From the NCBI GenBank assembly GCA_951406725.2, contig OX597843.1, positions 14,074,001-14,138,000 on the forward strand: a stretch of DNA of 64,000 bases, given 5' to 3'. The translations under genes and the position numbers were made by a program. Shown piece by piece: positions 27,292 through 39,335 of the stretch. Origin of the DNA: Octopus vulgaris (lineage: Eukaryota). Under the pieces are notes generated by a model that was given only the letters and a program-made list of their open reading frames with translations, was not told where the DNA came from and searched no databases. Every line of letters begins with the position of its first letter. Position 1 is the stretch's first letter.

Positions 27292-27577
27292 CACGTGACC
27301 GACCAGACCATCAGATGTTGTTACACATCGCTGGTCACAATGCGCTTCCCATTGTTTTAGCCTTTGAATGACGCCACCCCGCTGGCTAAGCAAGCAGGCC
27401 AACAGAAGAAAGAGTGGTGAAAGAGTACAGCAGGGATCACCACCACCCCCTGCTGGAGCCTCGTGGAGCTTTTAGGTGTTTTCGCTCAATAAACACACAC
27501 AACGCCCGGTCTGGGAATCGAAACGGCAATCCTACGACCGCAAGTCCACTGCCCTAACCACTAGGCCATTGCCCCTC

Positions 27578-27657
<80 letters not shown>

Positions 27658-27941
27658 TGTGATCACCGTGACCGACTAGGCTATCAGATGTTGTTACACA
27701 TCGCTGGTCACAATGCATTCGCATTGTTTTAGCCTTCGAATGATGCCACCCCACTGGTTAAGCAAGCAGGCCAACAGAAGAAAGAGTACAGCAGGGGTCA
27801 CCACCACCCTCTGCCGGAGCATCGTGGGGCTTTTAGGTGTTTTCGCTCAATAAACACTCACAACACCTGGTCTGGGAATCGAAACTGCGATCCTACGACC
27901 GCGAGTCCGCTGCCCTAACCACTGGGCCATTGCGCCTCCAC
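27292..27941 (-). mobile_element. Tandem dimer of tRNA-derived SINE joined by (TA)n
   Basis: Two ~290-bp copies; a single 9-bp TSD AAGAAATAT flanks the whole dimer. Confidence 0.85.
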
Positions 27942-28847
27942 AAGAAATATAATATTCTAAAAAAAACCAGTTTTGTATTTCAACTTTTGACATCAGTCAG
28001 TAGAGAATAAATGAACATTCTATGCCACGATATTTGCTTATCCAGCTGTTTATGTATGCCATAAAGGAATTAGAAATATTTTGCTTATCACATCATTATA
28101 GTAAAAGCAATTATAATTAAGGTGTCATTTACTATTGAAATATTGAAATGTTTTTCTATATTTATACTCTTTACTCTCTTTTACTCATTTACTTGTTTCA
28201 GTCATTTGACTGGCCATGCTGGAGCACTGCCTTTAGTCAAGCAAATCGACCCCAGGACTTATTCTTTGTAAGCCTAGTACTTATTCTATCGGTCTCTTTT
28301 GCCAAACCGCTAAGTGATGGGGACGTAAACACACCAGCATCGGTTGTCAAGCGATGTTGGCGGATAAACACAGACATGCAAACATATACACACACACACA
28401 CGCACATATATATATATATACACATATGTACATATATACGACGGGCTTCTTTCAGTTTCCGTCTGCCAAATCCACTCACAAGGCTTTGATTGGCCCGAGG
28501 CTATAGTAGAAAACACTTGCCCAAGGTGCCACGCAGTGGGACTGAACCCGGAACGATGTGGTTGGTAAGCAAGGTACTTACCACACAGCCACTCCTATGC
28601 CTATGGGAATATTTCAACATAAGACTGGTTCTACAATGTAAGAATTTTACTTTTGAGATAATCGTATTTTACGTTTCCTCTTGGCCAAGATCACATTTAA
28701 AATTTCTTGAGAAATGCACGTTTCGTTGTTTAGCCCCGAGTCATTTCTTACTCCAGCTAATCCATCATCCGAGACATTCCTACCATGACCTCATACCACA
28801 CACACACGTTTCACCTATTTTCTAACTCGGTCCATTTCTTTCTTCAG

Positions 28848-28936
28848 AATTGGTGAAAGCAAATGAAGAAAAATTCAAGAAGATGAAGGATATTTATGGC
28901 AAACTACGAGAGGAACATGTCACCCTGTTGAGAGTC
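28848..28936 (+). CDS. HIP1: HIP1 exon K: KLVKANEEKFKKMKDIYGKLREEHVTLLRV
   Basis: tttcttcag / gtaagt, 89 nt, phase 1-0. Matches KAQANEQRYSKLKEKYSELVQNHADLLRK. Confidence 0.95.
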
Positions 28937-29048
28937 GTAAGTACTATGTTGTTGTTTAAGGGGGTCAAGGGGCATTCCAGCCATGACCATCTTGTCTTAT
29001 TAGAAATCTTTAGGAATATCACCTTATCCAGTAAGTCTATTTACTTAA

Positions 29049-29258
29049 CCCCTTAATGTTTAAACCGGCTCAAATATTCCAACTGTTTTATGTTCAAACT
29101 GGCAAGATTCAGCCTCTTACACCTACCCTACAATGTCATTCTAAAGCTAAGCAAACACACCATCGAAATCTCAAAGCTACAACATAATGCATGGTTAATT
29201 CAAAACAATATGAATCAATAAGCATTACATTTGACAGAGTAATCTGAATGCTAAAGGG
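29049..29258. mobile_element. piggyBac-like MITE
   Basis: TTAA|CCC...AAAGGG|TTAA; homologous to 57540-57761. Confidence 0.75.
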
Positions 29259-29769
29259 TTAAGGCATGTGGAAGGGGTAAACGAAATTTGACTGCTCTTT
29301 CTAGCAACTTCAGCTACCAATTCCCACCCTTTTTTTTGTTTACAAAGGAATTTTCCTGATGATGACGTGTCCTATTTAAGACTTTAGCCTGTGTGTGTGT
29401 GTATTATCATCACCATTTAAGATCCACTTTTTCATGCTTGCTTGAGTTGGATGGACTTAATTGAGATATTTTCTATGGCTGGATGCTCTTCCTGTCTCTA
29501 ATCCTTACCTGTTTCCAAAAACGGTAATATTTCCCCCATGGCCAGATGTTTTTTTACAGAAGTTTGGAAATGAACAACCTCTCTTGTATGACAGTGACAC
29601 TCATTTGAAATGAGCACACACATGCATATATGCAAAACAGGCTTCTTTCAGTTTCCCTCTACCATACACAAGGTTTTAGTTGACCCTCGCTCAAGTTGCC
29701 ATGAGTGGGACTGAACCCAGGACCATGTGGTTGGGAAGCAAACTTTTTATCCCACAGCCATGCCTATGC

Positions 29770-29807
<38 letters not shown>

Positions 29808-29939
29808 CACTGCCTTGTGAATGCCTTGGGAAAAGAAAAGGCTAGGGGTGTCTATCTGTTTCATGGCCAGATCCAGCCTCTCACACCTACGCCATGAGGT
29901 CATTCTCAAAATAGTCACATCACTGAAATCAAGCTGTAT

Positions 29940-30249
29940 TTTTTGTTTGTCCCTTCTCGAGCCATGCTTGGCTCATAAGGGCCGTTTTCCTGGTTTCCTT
30001 GGCGCATAGGTTCCCCACCTGGATGGGACGCCTGTCCGTCGCAGGTGAGCTGCAAGGTGCTGGGGGAAAGAGTGAGAGAAAGTTGTGGTGAAAGAGTCAG
30101 CAGAAGTTTCGTCATTACCTTCTGCTGGAGCCACGGGGAGCTTAGGTGTTTCGCTCATAAACACACACATCACCCGGTCTGAGATTCGAACCCGCGATCC
30201 CTTGACCGCGAGTCCGCTGCTCTAACCACTAGGCCATGTGCCTCCACAA
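29940..30249 (-). mobile_element. tRNA-derived SINE inserted in a piggyBac-like MITE remnant
   Basis: GTGGAGGCACATGGCCTAGTGG head, B box GGTTCGAATC, TSD AAATCAAGCTGTAT. Confidence 0.8.
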
Positions 30250-30559
30250 AAATCAAGCTGTATAATAATGCATGATTAATTAAAAGCAACATAAATAAAG
30301 AAAAGCCTTCCATTCGACAGAGTGGTCCGAATGCTACCAGGTTAAGCATTTATAAAGATAAAATATCATAGTTTAAAAGGCATTCCTGGTTTTTTCTCTC
30401 TCTAAATCCTTGATCTTTAATTGTTCAGCAAAATGAAAAAAGAGAGGGGAAAGGATTTCTTCCAAATAGGTTAAACATCTCCAAGACAAGTCTGCCTTTG
30501 TAAAAAGATACGTTCATCATCATCGGCTCACAATTGAGGTTTCATCATTTGTCTTGTAG

Positions 30560-30628
30560 CATGCCGAAGTAAGCAAACAGTTGAAAGATGAAAAGAAGTT
30601 AACAGAAGAAAAAGACATGTTATTAAAG
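30560..30628 (+). CDS. HIP1: HIP1 exon L: HAEVSKQLKDEKKLTEEKDMLLK
   Basis: gtcttgtag / gtacga, 69 nt, phase 0-0. Matches NAEVTKQV. Confidence 0.9.
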
Positions 30629-30860
30629 GTACGACCCAAATCATCATCATCATCATCATTATTATTATTGTCGTTGTTATTATTGTTGTTGTTTCAAGTC
30701 CAAATCCTTCCAGCATATAATCTGCTTTCCACTATCCCCTGCCCCCTCTGTCAATAACAAAACCCTTTCTCAGTCTGTAAATAGTTGGGGGGGGGGTCTA
30801 CCTAATGTACTGTTCTCTGTGAGGAGTGGAATAATATGTAGCCTTGTGTCTCTGTTACAA

Positions 30861-30865
<5 letters not shown>

Positions 30866-30892
<27 letters not shown>

Positions 30893-31215
30893 CATTATTA
30901 TTATTATTATCGTCATTATTATTATTATCATTATTATTATTATCATTATTATTATCATTATTATTATTATTATTATCATTATTATTATCATTATTATTAT
31001 TATTATTATCATTATTATTATTATCATTATTATTATTATCATTATTATTATCATTATTATTATTATTATTATCATTATTATTATTATTATCATCATTATT
31101 ATTATTATCATTATTATTATTATCATTATTATTATCATTATTATTATTATTATTATCATTATTATTATTATTATCATCATCATCATCACCATTATTATTA
31201 TTATTATTATTATTA
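30866..31215. repeat. (ATT)n/(ATC) trinucleotide microsatellite, ~350 bp
   Basis: Direct inspection; source of the poly-Ile and poly-Asn ORFs. Confidence 0.95.
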
Positions 31216-31859
31216 TGGAAATTGCAGCTGTGATACCAGTGCCGGTGGTACGTAAGAGAACCATCCGAACGTGGCCGTTGCCAGCGCCGCCCCAGCTGGC
31301 CTCGTACCGGTGGCACATAAAAAGCACCATCCAATCATGGCCGTTTGCCAGCCCCGTCTGGCATGTAAAAAGCACCCACTACACTCAGAGTGGTTGGCAT
31401 TAGGAAGGGCATCAAATTGTAGAAACACTGCCAGATCAGACTGGAGCCTGGTGCAGCCCTCTGGCTTCCCAGACCCCAGTTGAACCGTCCAACCCATGCT
31501 AGCATGGAAAACGGACGCTAAACGAAGATGATGATGAAGAAGATTATTATTATTATTATTATTATTATTTAAGGTGGCAAACTGACAGAGCCATTCGCAC
31601 GCCAGGCAAAATGCTTCGCTGCGTTTTGTCCGTCTTTATATTCTGTCTTCAGATTCTGCCAAAGTTGACTTTACCTTTCATACTTTTGGGGGTTGATTAA
31701 ATAAGTACCAGTGAAACAAGGGTCGATGTAATCGAATTGACCCCCTCCCCCAAAATTTCAGGTTTTGTGCCTTTTGTAGGAAGGATTATTCTTATGAAGG
31801 CAGTGAGCAGCCAGAACTGTTAGCGTGTCGGACAGAATGCTTAGTGGCATTTGTTCTGC

Positions 31860-32084
31860 GAGATGGCAGAATCAGTAGCACACCGGGCGAAATGCTTAGC
31901 TGTATTTCGTCTGCTGTTACGTTCTGAGTTCAAATTCCGCCGAGGTCGACTTTGTCTTTCATCCTTTCAGGGTCGATAACTTAAGTACCAGTTACGCACT
32001 GGGGTCGATGTAATCGACTTAATACCTTTGTCTGTCCTTGTTTGTCCCCTCTCTGTGTAGCCCCTTCTGGATAGTAAAGAAATA
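31860..32084 (+). mobile_element. Meta-like SINE with Tx1-like tail, nested in a related SINE
   Basis: 14-bp TSD GGCATTT(G/C)TTCTGC with one mismatch. Confidence 0.8.
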
Positions 32085-32458
32085 GGCATTTCTTCTGCTT
32101 TTATGTTCTGAGTTCATGTGCCACCCAGATCAACTTTGCTTTCATCCGTCTGGGTTTCATCACGGGGCTTCATGGAATCGACAAGCCCCTTTCCCCTAAA
32201 TTTCAAGCCTTGTACCTATAGTAGAAAGGATTCTTCTTCTTATCAACAGTAGTGGTAAGATGGTGTGAGCTGGCAGAATCCAAAATGCTAACAGAATTTC
32301 ACCCGTCGCTAAGTTCTGAGTTCAAATTCCCTCCAGGTTGACTTTGCTCTTGCATCTTTTCAGGGTCGATAAAATAAGTGCCAGTTAAACACGGGGTTGA
32401 TGTAACTGACTCATTCCCCTCCCCCAAAATTATGGCCCTTGTGGCAAAATTTGAAACC

Positions 32459-32506
<48 letters not shown>

Positions 32507-32771
32507 GTTGTTGTTAGCACTCTGGATAAAATGCTTAGCAGCATTCCATCCATCTTGACATTCTGAGTTCAAATTCTGCCAAGATCAACTTTGCCTTTCA
32601 TCCTTTCAGGGTCAATAAAATAGGTACCAGTCAAGCACTGGGGTCGACTTAGCCTCCTCTCCAAAAATTACTGGCCTTGTGCTAAAATTTAAATCATTAT
32701 TATTATTATTACGGAGATGTACTTGCATAGCGAGTGACCTGATCTGAGATTGTGTGCTGGAACGAAAACAG

Positions 32772-32979
32772 TTGCAGTGTGGAAGGTGTTTATAAGCCAT
32801 TTAAGAAACACACAAAAACCGTGAGATTCACTTCAACATTTAAATTTAATTTGTCAAAATATTTTCGTCGCTTTGAGACTGTGACGAAAATATTTTGACA
32901 AATTAAATTTAAATGTTGAAGTGAATCTAACGGCTTTGTGTGTTTCTTAAATGTCTTATAAACACCTTCCACGCTGCAA
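32772..32979. repeat. ~100-bp-arm inverted repeat with 9-nt loop
   Basis: ttgcagtgtggaaggtgtttataag...attttcgtcgc mirrors gtgacgaaaat...cttataaacaccttccacgctgcaa. Confidence 0.9.
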
Positions 32980-35694
32980 TTATTATTATTGTTATTATTA
33001 AAAAGGTAAGTGTGAGAGGTCCCACCTTCTGTATAAATCATAATATTTCTGTTATAATTTACAATGGGGTTATAAGAGAACTACAAAACCAGAGCCTTTA
33101 ACCCTAATGAAATCATAGGATATTCTGAATACTGAACCCCTTTTTCATTGTGCCACCAGGTGAGATCCATCACAAACTAGGATTCATACAGAAGGTGGGA
33201 TCTGTAGCACTTTCCTTTTTCTCTCCTTTTTTTTTTGTTTTGTTTTCTATGTTGTTGTTTCTTACCCACATGGCTCCCTTTTACACAGCTGTTATATTTG
33301 AGTTAAATTTCTAAATTAGTTTGTCTGCATATATGTATATAAATATGTATGTATATATATAAATTTAAGCCACAATATATGAATTCATTTAATCTGGTGA
33401 AACTCATTAAAAAAATGCTCCTGAATGTATCTTTCAACAAAACACATACAAAAGAAAAACATGAGAAATGTATAAAATTGTAAATAACGAGAGAAATATA
33501 CCTATATAAAAGAGGAAAAAACTTGCATGCTTTGGCTTTGGTAAGGATTCAATGGCACTAGACATGCTAGGATCAAGCTAAAAATTTACACACCTATAGA
33601 AGGCGTGGTGTTGTTGCGGCCAGAGTAGGTTTCAAGTCTCTATCTCGATAACAAAGGCCCGAAACAAGGCATTTTCTGTGAGTGAGTGGATGTCATACAC
33701 TATTGCCTTGAGTTGTGTTCACGCAACATGTTGGATTCTACATGTGACTGTGTTTACGCGAATGCAACGGAAACATTCAATTTTTGAGTTTTTTGAAAAA
33801 CAAAATATGAGCATATACGTATAAAAATTTCCTGAATCGATTGGAGCAAGTTTGAATTCTCTAGCTTGAAAAATGCAAATTCTAGCAGTTTTGAGTGTGC
33901 CTTTTTAAGGAGTTCTCAGTTGAAAATGGTGTCAAAAAATAGCTCAAAATGAGAGAATTATTTTGCAGATCGAATCACCTCAAAAATCGAACGGGAAGTG
34001 CTCTTAACCTATATATATAAAGCTGAAGTTGTCTGTGTGTGAGGGGCGAAACAAACCCGAGCAACGCCAGGTGATACTGCTAGTATACTACTATAAAAGA
34101 AATAAATTTTATAAAAGTATATTTCATATACATGTATATCTATATACTCACATACACACACATATATATACATGCAGTATAAAAAGGAAGAATGAAAGGC
34201 AAACAATTGGTATTAATTTAGAGTCTGGAATTTATCTTCCTCATTTAACGTCCATTGTCCATTCTAGCATGGGTTGGATGGTGTGACCAGAGCTAGCAAG
34301 CTGGAGAGCTGCACCAAACTCCAGTCTGTTTTGGCATGGCTTTTATGTCTGGGTGCCCTTCCTAACATGCCAACCACTTCACAATGTGTGTCGGGTGCTC
34401 TTTTAGATGGCCCTGCATGGACACTTTTATGTGACACTGGCTCAGGACTTGCAGGGCAATCCTGTCCAGCAGGGAGACTGGTTTTAATACTTCTGCATGG
34501 GTCTTCTCAAGTACCACAAGGAGCCGGGCATCTTGGCCCTTTGTATCTCACCCAAAAGATTCAGCCTTCTGAGGTCATTCTTCAGTACTTTCTTCCACAT
34601 CTTCCTGGGTCTCCTACTTTCACATGTCCCATCCACTTTCAGAGATTGGCGCTTCTTTAAGGAGCTGTTGACATCCATCCACATCACATGACCAAACCAA
34701 CACAACCTTCACTCTTGCACACAGCATATATTTAATAATTGCAGGGTTGTTAGAATAGTGTATCATAGAAATAAGGGTATAAGATGTGCAGACAGTCTTT
34801 TACAGCTGTTTCCTGAACAGACGTACATATGGTGCATTTCTCTGTGGTTGAAGATCAGCATTCCATATAATAGCAAAGGGAAAAAAGAAGTGGATCCCTA
34901 GTTGAGGATTTTAGTAGTTAGTAGTTTCCTTGTTGAAGGGAGAGTGAGGTAGGTCATTAGTGGAATGGCCTGTGTTTTTTTGGGGTTTTTTTTCAGTTCA
35001 AGTTGGAGTTTTAGGTGGTAAATCAACAGGAAAACTTATTGTGTATATTTATTTGATTATGTCATTAGCCACAATTTCACCTGAACACTATATTGCCACC
35101 ACCATCATCATCATCATCATCATCAGTCTGTTTTCCATGCTGGCATGGGTTGGATGGTTTGACAGGAACTGGTAAATCGGGGGACTTCACCAAACCCTAC
35201 TGTCTGCTTTGACCTGATTTCTTCAGCTGGATGCCCTTCCTAACGCCCCCGCTTCACCCCCGGAAATCTCTTGCATTATGGATGCTTCACATTCCAGTAA
35301 GTTCTTTAGCATAATGTAGGATTCTACAACACAAAAACCTGTTTTCCCTTTGAGTTCTGTTGAAAATGAAAGTTGCAGACAAAACTAGGTTTTTCTTGCG
35401 GATCTTTCCAGAATTTTCAGGACATAACAGTGGACATATGTATGTATGTGCCATCACCATCATCATCATCATCATCATCATCATATTAACCATTTAATGT
35501 CCGTTTGGCTTATGATTTTTAGATCATGACTACAATATCCGACAGCACATTGAACTGGCAAAAGTGAGGTGTACCAGTAATTTCAAAGGGCTCAGCCTTG
35601 TTACATTCTGTTTCAAGCTGAATCTCCCTGAGAACTACATTAGGGGTCCACCTGTATCTGTCCAGTGCTCAGCTCCTTGTACATTAATTTGGTC

Positions 35695-36121
35695 TCAAGC
35701 ATTTGTCTTATGAAGAAAGGCTGAAGACGCTCGACCTTTATTCTCTAGAAAAACTACGACACCGTGGTGATCTCATTCTTGCTCACAACATCATAAGCGG
35801 AAAGTGTAACCTCTTGAAAGAGCTGTTCTTCACTCCTGCTCCAGAGCGTCAGCTGCGGGGTCATTCCGAAAAGCTCTATCTGCAACGATTTCATCTCAAT
35901 CGAAGGAGAGGGGCTTTCTCCATCCGGGTTGCAGATCCGTGGAATAAGCTGCCGGACGAGATAGTGAAGATGCCGACGACCGCTCGGTTCAAAGTCTCTC
36001 TTGACCAGAAATGGCCTGAACTCTTTGCATGAACACCACCCTGTACATAACTCCATGTCCCCCTACGTGGCCTTGCTTTTTGCTTTTTGAGCCAAAAAAT
36101 TAACTTAACTTAACTTAACTA
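35695..36121 (+). mobile_element. 5'-truncated CR1-clade LINE fragment
   Basis: SYEERLKTLDLYSLE..RGDLI..RGHSEKL..WNKLP peptide and (TAACT)n tail. Confidence 0.9.
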
Positions 36122-36364
36122 ATTTCACAACCAAGCAATTCCATTGATTGGAACCCTTGTTATCATAACTGACTGAGTATCTGTGCATTACACTTGTATA
36201 TAAATGACATCCTTAATTTAGTATTAAATATTTGTACAAAATTATTTTTTGCCTCCATGGTTATTTTCGCCTTGTCCCATGGCGGATAAGTTGTAGCATC
36301 CCAGTTTTTCTTTCACTTAAAATCGTGTGAAAAATAATCTGACTTATACACAATAGTGTATCCT

Positions 36365-37992
36365 CATCATTTAATGTCCGCACAAGTGGGCTGGTTACAC
36401 CCCTGGCATAGCCCACAGGTTATGGTCTCACTTGGCTTGCCGGGTCTTCTCACGCACTGCATATTTCCAAAGGTCTCAGTCATTAGTCATTACCTCAGTG
36501 AAGCCTCATGTTCGGAGGTCGTGCTTCACCACCTAATCCCAGGTCTTCCTGGGTCTACCTCTTCCACAGGTTCCCTCAACCGCTAGGGTGTGGCACTTTT
36601 TCACACAGCTATCCTCATCCATTCTCGCCACATGACCATACAAACACAGTCGTCTCTCTTGCACACTGCAACTGATGTTTCTTAGGTTCAACTTTTCTCT
36701 CATAGTACTTACACTCTGTCGAGTATGCACACTGACATTACACATCCATCAGAGCATACTGGCTTCATTCCTTGTGAGCTTACGTATGTCCTCAGCAGTC
36801 AAAGCCCATGTTTCACTGCCATGTAGCATGGCTGTTCGTACACATACGTCATACAGTCTACCTTTTACTCTGAGTGAGAGGCCCTTTGTCACCAGCAGAG
36901 GTAAGAGCTCTCTGAACTTTGCCCAGGCTATTCTTACTCTAGCAGTTACACTTTCGGCACACCCACCCCCGCTATTGACTTGGTCACCTACGTAACGGAA
37001 ACTATCAACTATTTCAAGTTTTTCTCCCTGGAATGTGGCGCAAGTTGGTCTCTGCGCATTTTCAGTGTTTATTGCTCTTGAGCATCTGCCACATACAAAA
37101 ACCGTCTTCCTAGTTAGCCTTCCTTTGATATTGCTGCACCTCTTATGTGTCCATAGCTTACACTTGGTGCATCTTATAGAGTTTCTACCTACACCTTTTC
37201 TACAGATTGAGCAGGGCCATCTACCTGAAGGGATTTGTGGTTTGCCTGCCTTCCTACTTCTTAGGACTTTGGTTTTAGGTAGGTTGATTCTAAGGCTCTT
37301 CGATTAGAATCCTTGCTTCCACACCTGAAACTTCTCCTTTGGTTCTGATAGTGACTCAGCAATTAGAGCAAGGTTGTCAGCATAGAGGAGCTCCCAGGGA
37401 CATCCTGTCTTGAATTCCTCTATTATTGCCTGGAGGACTATGATAAATAGGAGGGGTCTGAGGACTGAACCTTGGTGGACCCCTACCTCCACCCGGAATT
37501 CTTCACTGTGCTCATTGCCAACCCTCACCTTACTAACAGCGTCCCTGTACATGGCACGCACAGCTTACACTAAACATTCATCTATCCCTAGTTTCCTCAT
37601 TGACCACCAGATAAGGGATCGGGGAACCCTGTCAAAGGCTTTCCCCATGTCAACGAAAGCCAAGTACAGAGGTTTATCTTTGGCTAGGTATTTCTCCTGC
37701 AGCTGTCTCACCAGAAATATGGCATCAGTGGTGCTTTTCCCTGGCACGAAACCAAACTTTATCTCATCCAAGCTGACTCTCTCCCTAATCAGTTGGGCTA
37801 TGACCCTCTCCGTGACCTTCATTACCTGATCCAACAACTTGATACCTCTGTAATTATTTGTATCTAATGTGTCACCATTTCTTTTGTAGCAGTTGACTTT
37901 GGTGCTGCTACACCAGTCATTGGGTAGGACTCCTTCGTGTATCACCTGGTTAATGATGCGGGTGACCAGGCTACAGCCAACGCTGCCAGATA
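36365..37992 (-). mobile_element. RTE-clade LINE fragment with disrupted reverse transcriptase
   Basis: NYRGIKLL, FGFVPGKSTTDAIF, AFVDMGKAFDRV, GVHQGSVL.PLLF, LLYADN, GRGRPRKTW motifs with frameshifts. Shorter related pieces at about 34480-34725 and 50650-51060. Confidence 0.93.
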
Positions 37993-38812
37993 TTTATATG
38001 CATATTGAAATCACAGTGGTTGATACTAGTGTTGCCTGACTAGCACCCATGCTGCTGGCACATAAGTGCCATTCAAGCATGAATCAATGCATGTAAAAAG
38101 CGCAATCCGAATATGGTGGATGCCAGTGACCCCTGACTAGCTCCTGTGCCGGTGGCACGTAAAAAGCACCATTGAAACATGGTCAATTCAAGTGCCCCCC
38201 CACCAACTCGCTCCTAGGCTGATGGCACATAAAAAGCGCTCCCCACACACTCGGAGTGGTTGGTGTTAGGAAGGGCATCCAGCAGCAGAAACCCTGACAA
38301 ATCAGATTGGGGCCTGGTGCAGCCTCCTGGCTTGCCAGTCCCCCGTCAGACTGTTCCACCCATGCCAGCATGGAAAGCAGATTTTAAACGATGATGATAT
38401 GCATATGCTTATATAAATTGGTCTCTTAGATCTCTGAGGAGGTAAGTATTAAGGTGAGCAACATTTTTCTGTTTTCCATATTTTAACTATTCTTCTTGTT
38501 GTTGTAATCAACTACGTATGCTCGTTAGTAAAATCCAATTTAGACTTCTGTTCATTTTCCAATTTCCTTGCATCTTGTTGTTGTTTGATGTTTGTTGTCA
38601 CAGACTGCACCCTCCCTCCCTACATGACCCCTACACGATGTCTGTACTGTCCTTTGTAATTCCTCCCCCGACCACGTTTTCACACTGGCTTTCTGTTCCG
38701 CCATAACCTGGTAGAAATAGCAGCCAAATCTCCCTCACATCACATTCCATGGAATGTTTTTTTTTTTTTGGTGTCATAGGATGGTTCCTTCAGGGTTGAC
38801 TTGGACCTAAAC

Positions 38813-39013
38813 CAGTGCTTTTCAAACTTTTTGCTGGAGCGGAACCCCAAGGAAGCGTTCCACTGGCCAGAGGAACCCCTGTGCAATAATTTAATAGTTT
38901 TATGCACACATATCTGCACAGGAGAATTAAAAATTACTGCCGATTTTAGCAGTTTTGTAACTTCTTGCGGAACCCCTGGATTGTACTGGTGGAACCCTGG
39001 TTGAAAACCACTG
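38813..39013. mobile_element. hAT (Charlie-like) MITE
   Basis: TIR CAGTGCTTTTCAA / TTGAAAACCACTG, 8-bp TSD ACCTAAAC. Confidence 0.85.
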
Positions 39014-39304
39014 ACCTAAACACTAGCCAACATTACTCACCACTGAAAGCAACATAAATAGAACCTGCTAGAAACAACAGTCAAACCACCTGCAAGTATC
39101 ACCTTATCTTTTACTTGGTTCAGTCACTTGACTAAGGCACAGCCTTGAAGGCTTTTTAGTTGGACAAACTGACCCCAGGACTTAATGTTCTTAAGCCTAG
39201 TACTCATCTTATTAGTCGCTTTTGCTGAACCGCTAAGTTACAGGTACCTCAACACACCAATACCAGTTGCCAAGTGGTGATGGAGGACAAACACAGCTCC
39301 AAAG

Positions 39305-39335
<31 letters not shown>

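Noticed and set aside
22520-30249. tRNA gene-like sequences in SINE heads
   Set aside because: A/B boxes run on into SINE bodies with TSDs; no complete cloverleaf.
30770-31403. Poly-Ile, poly-Leu and poly-Asn ORFs
   Set aside because: Translations of the (ATT)n microsatellite.
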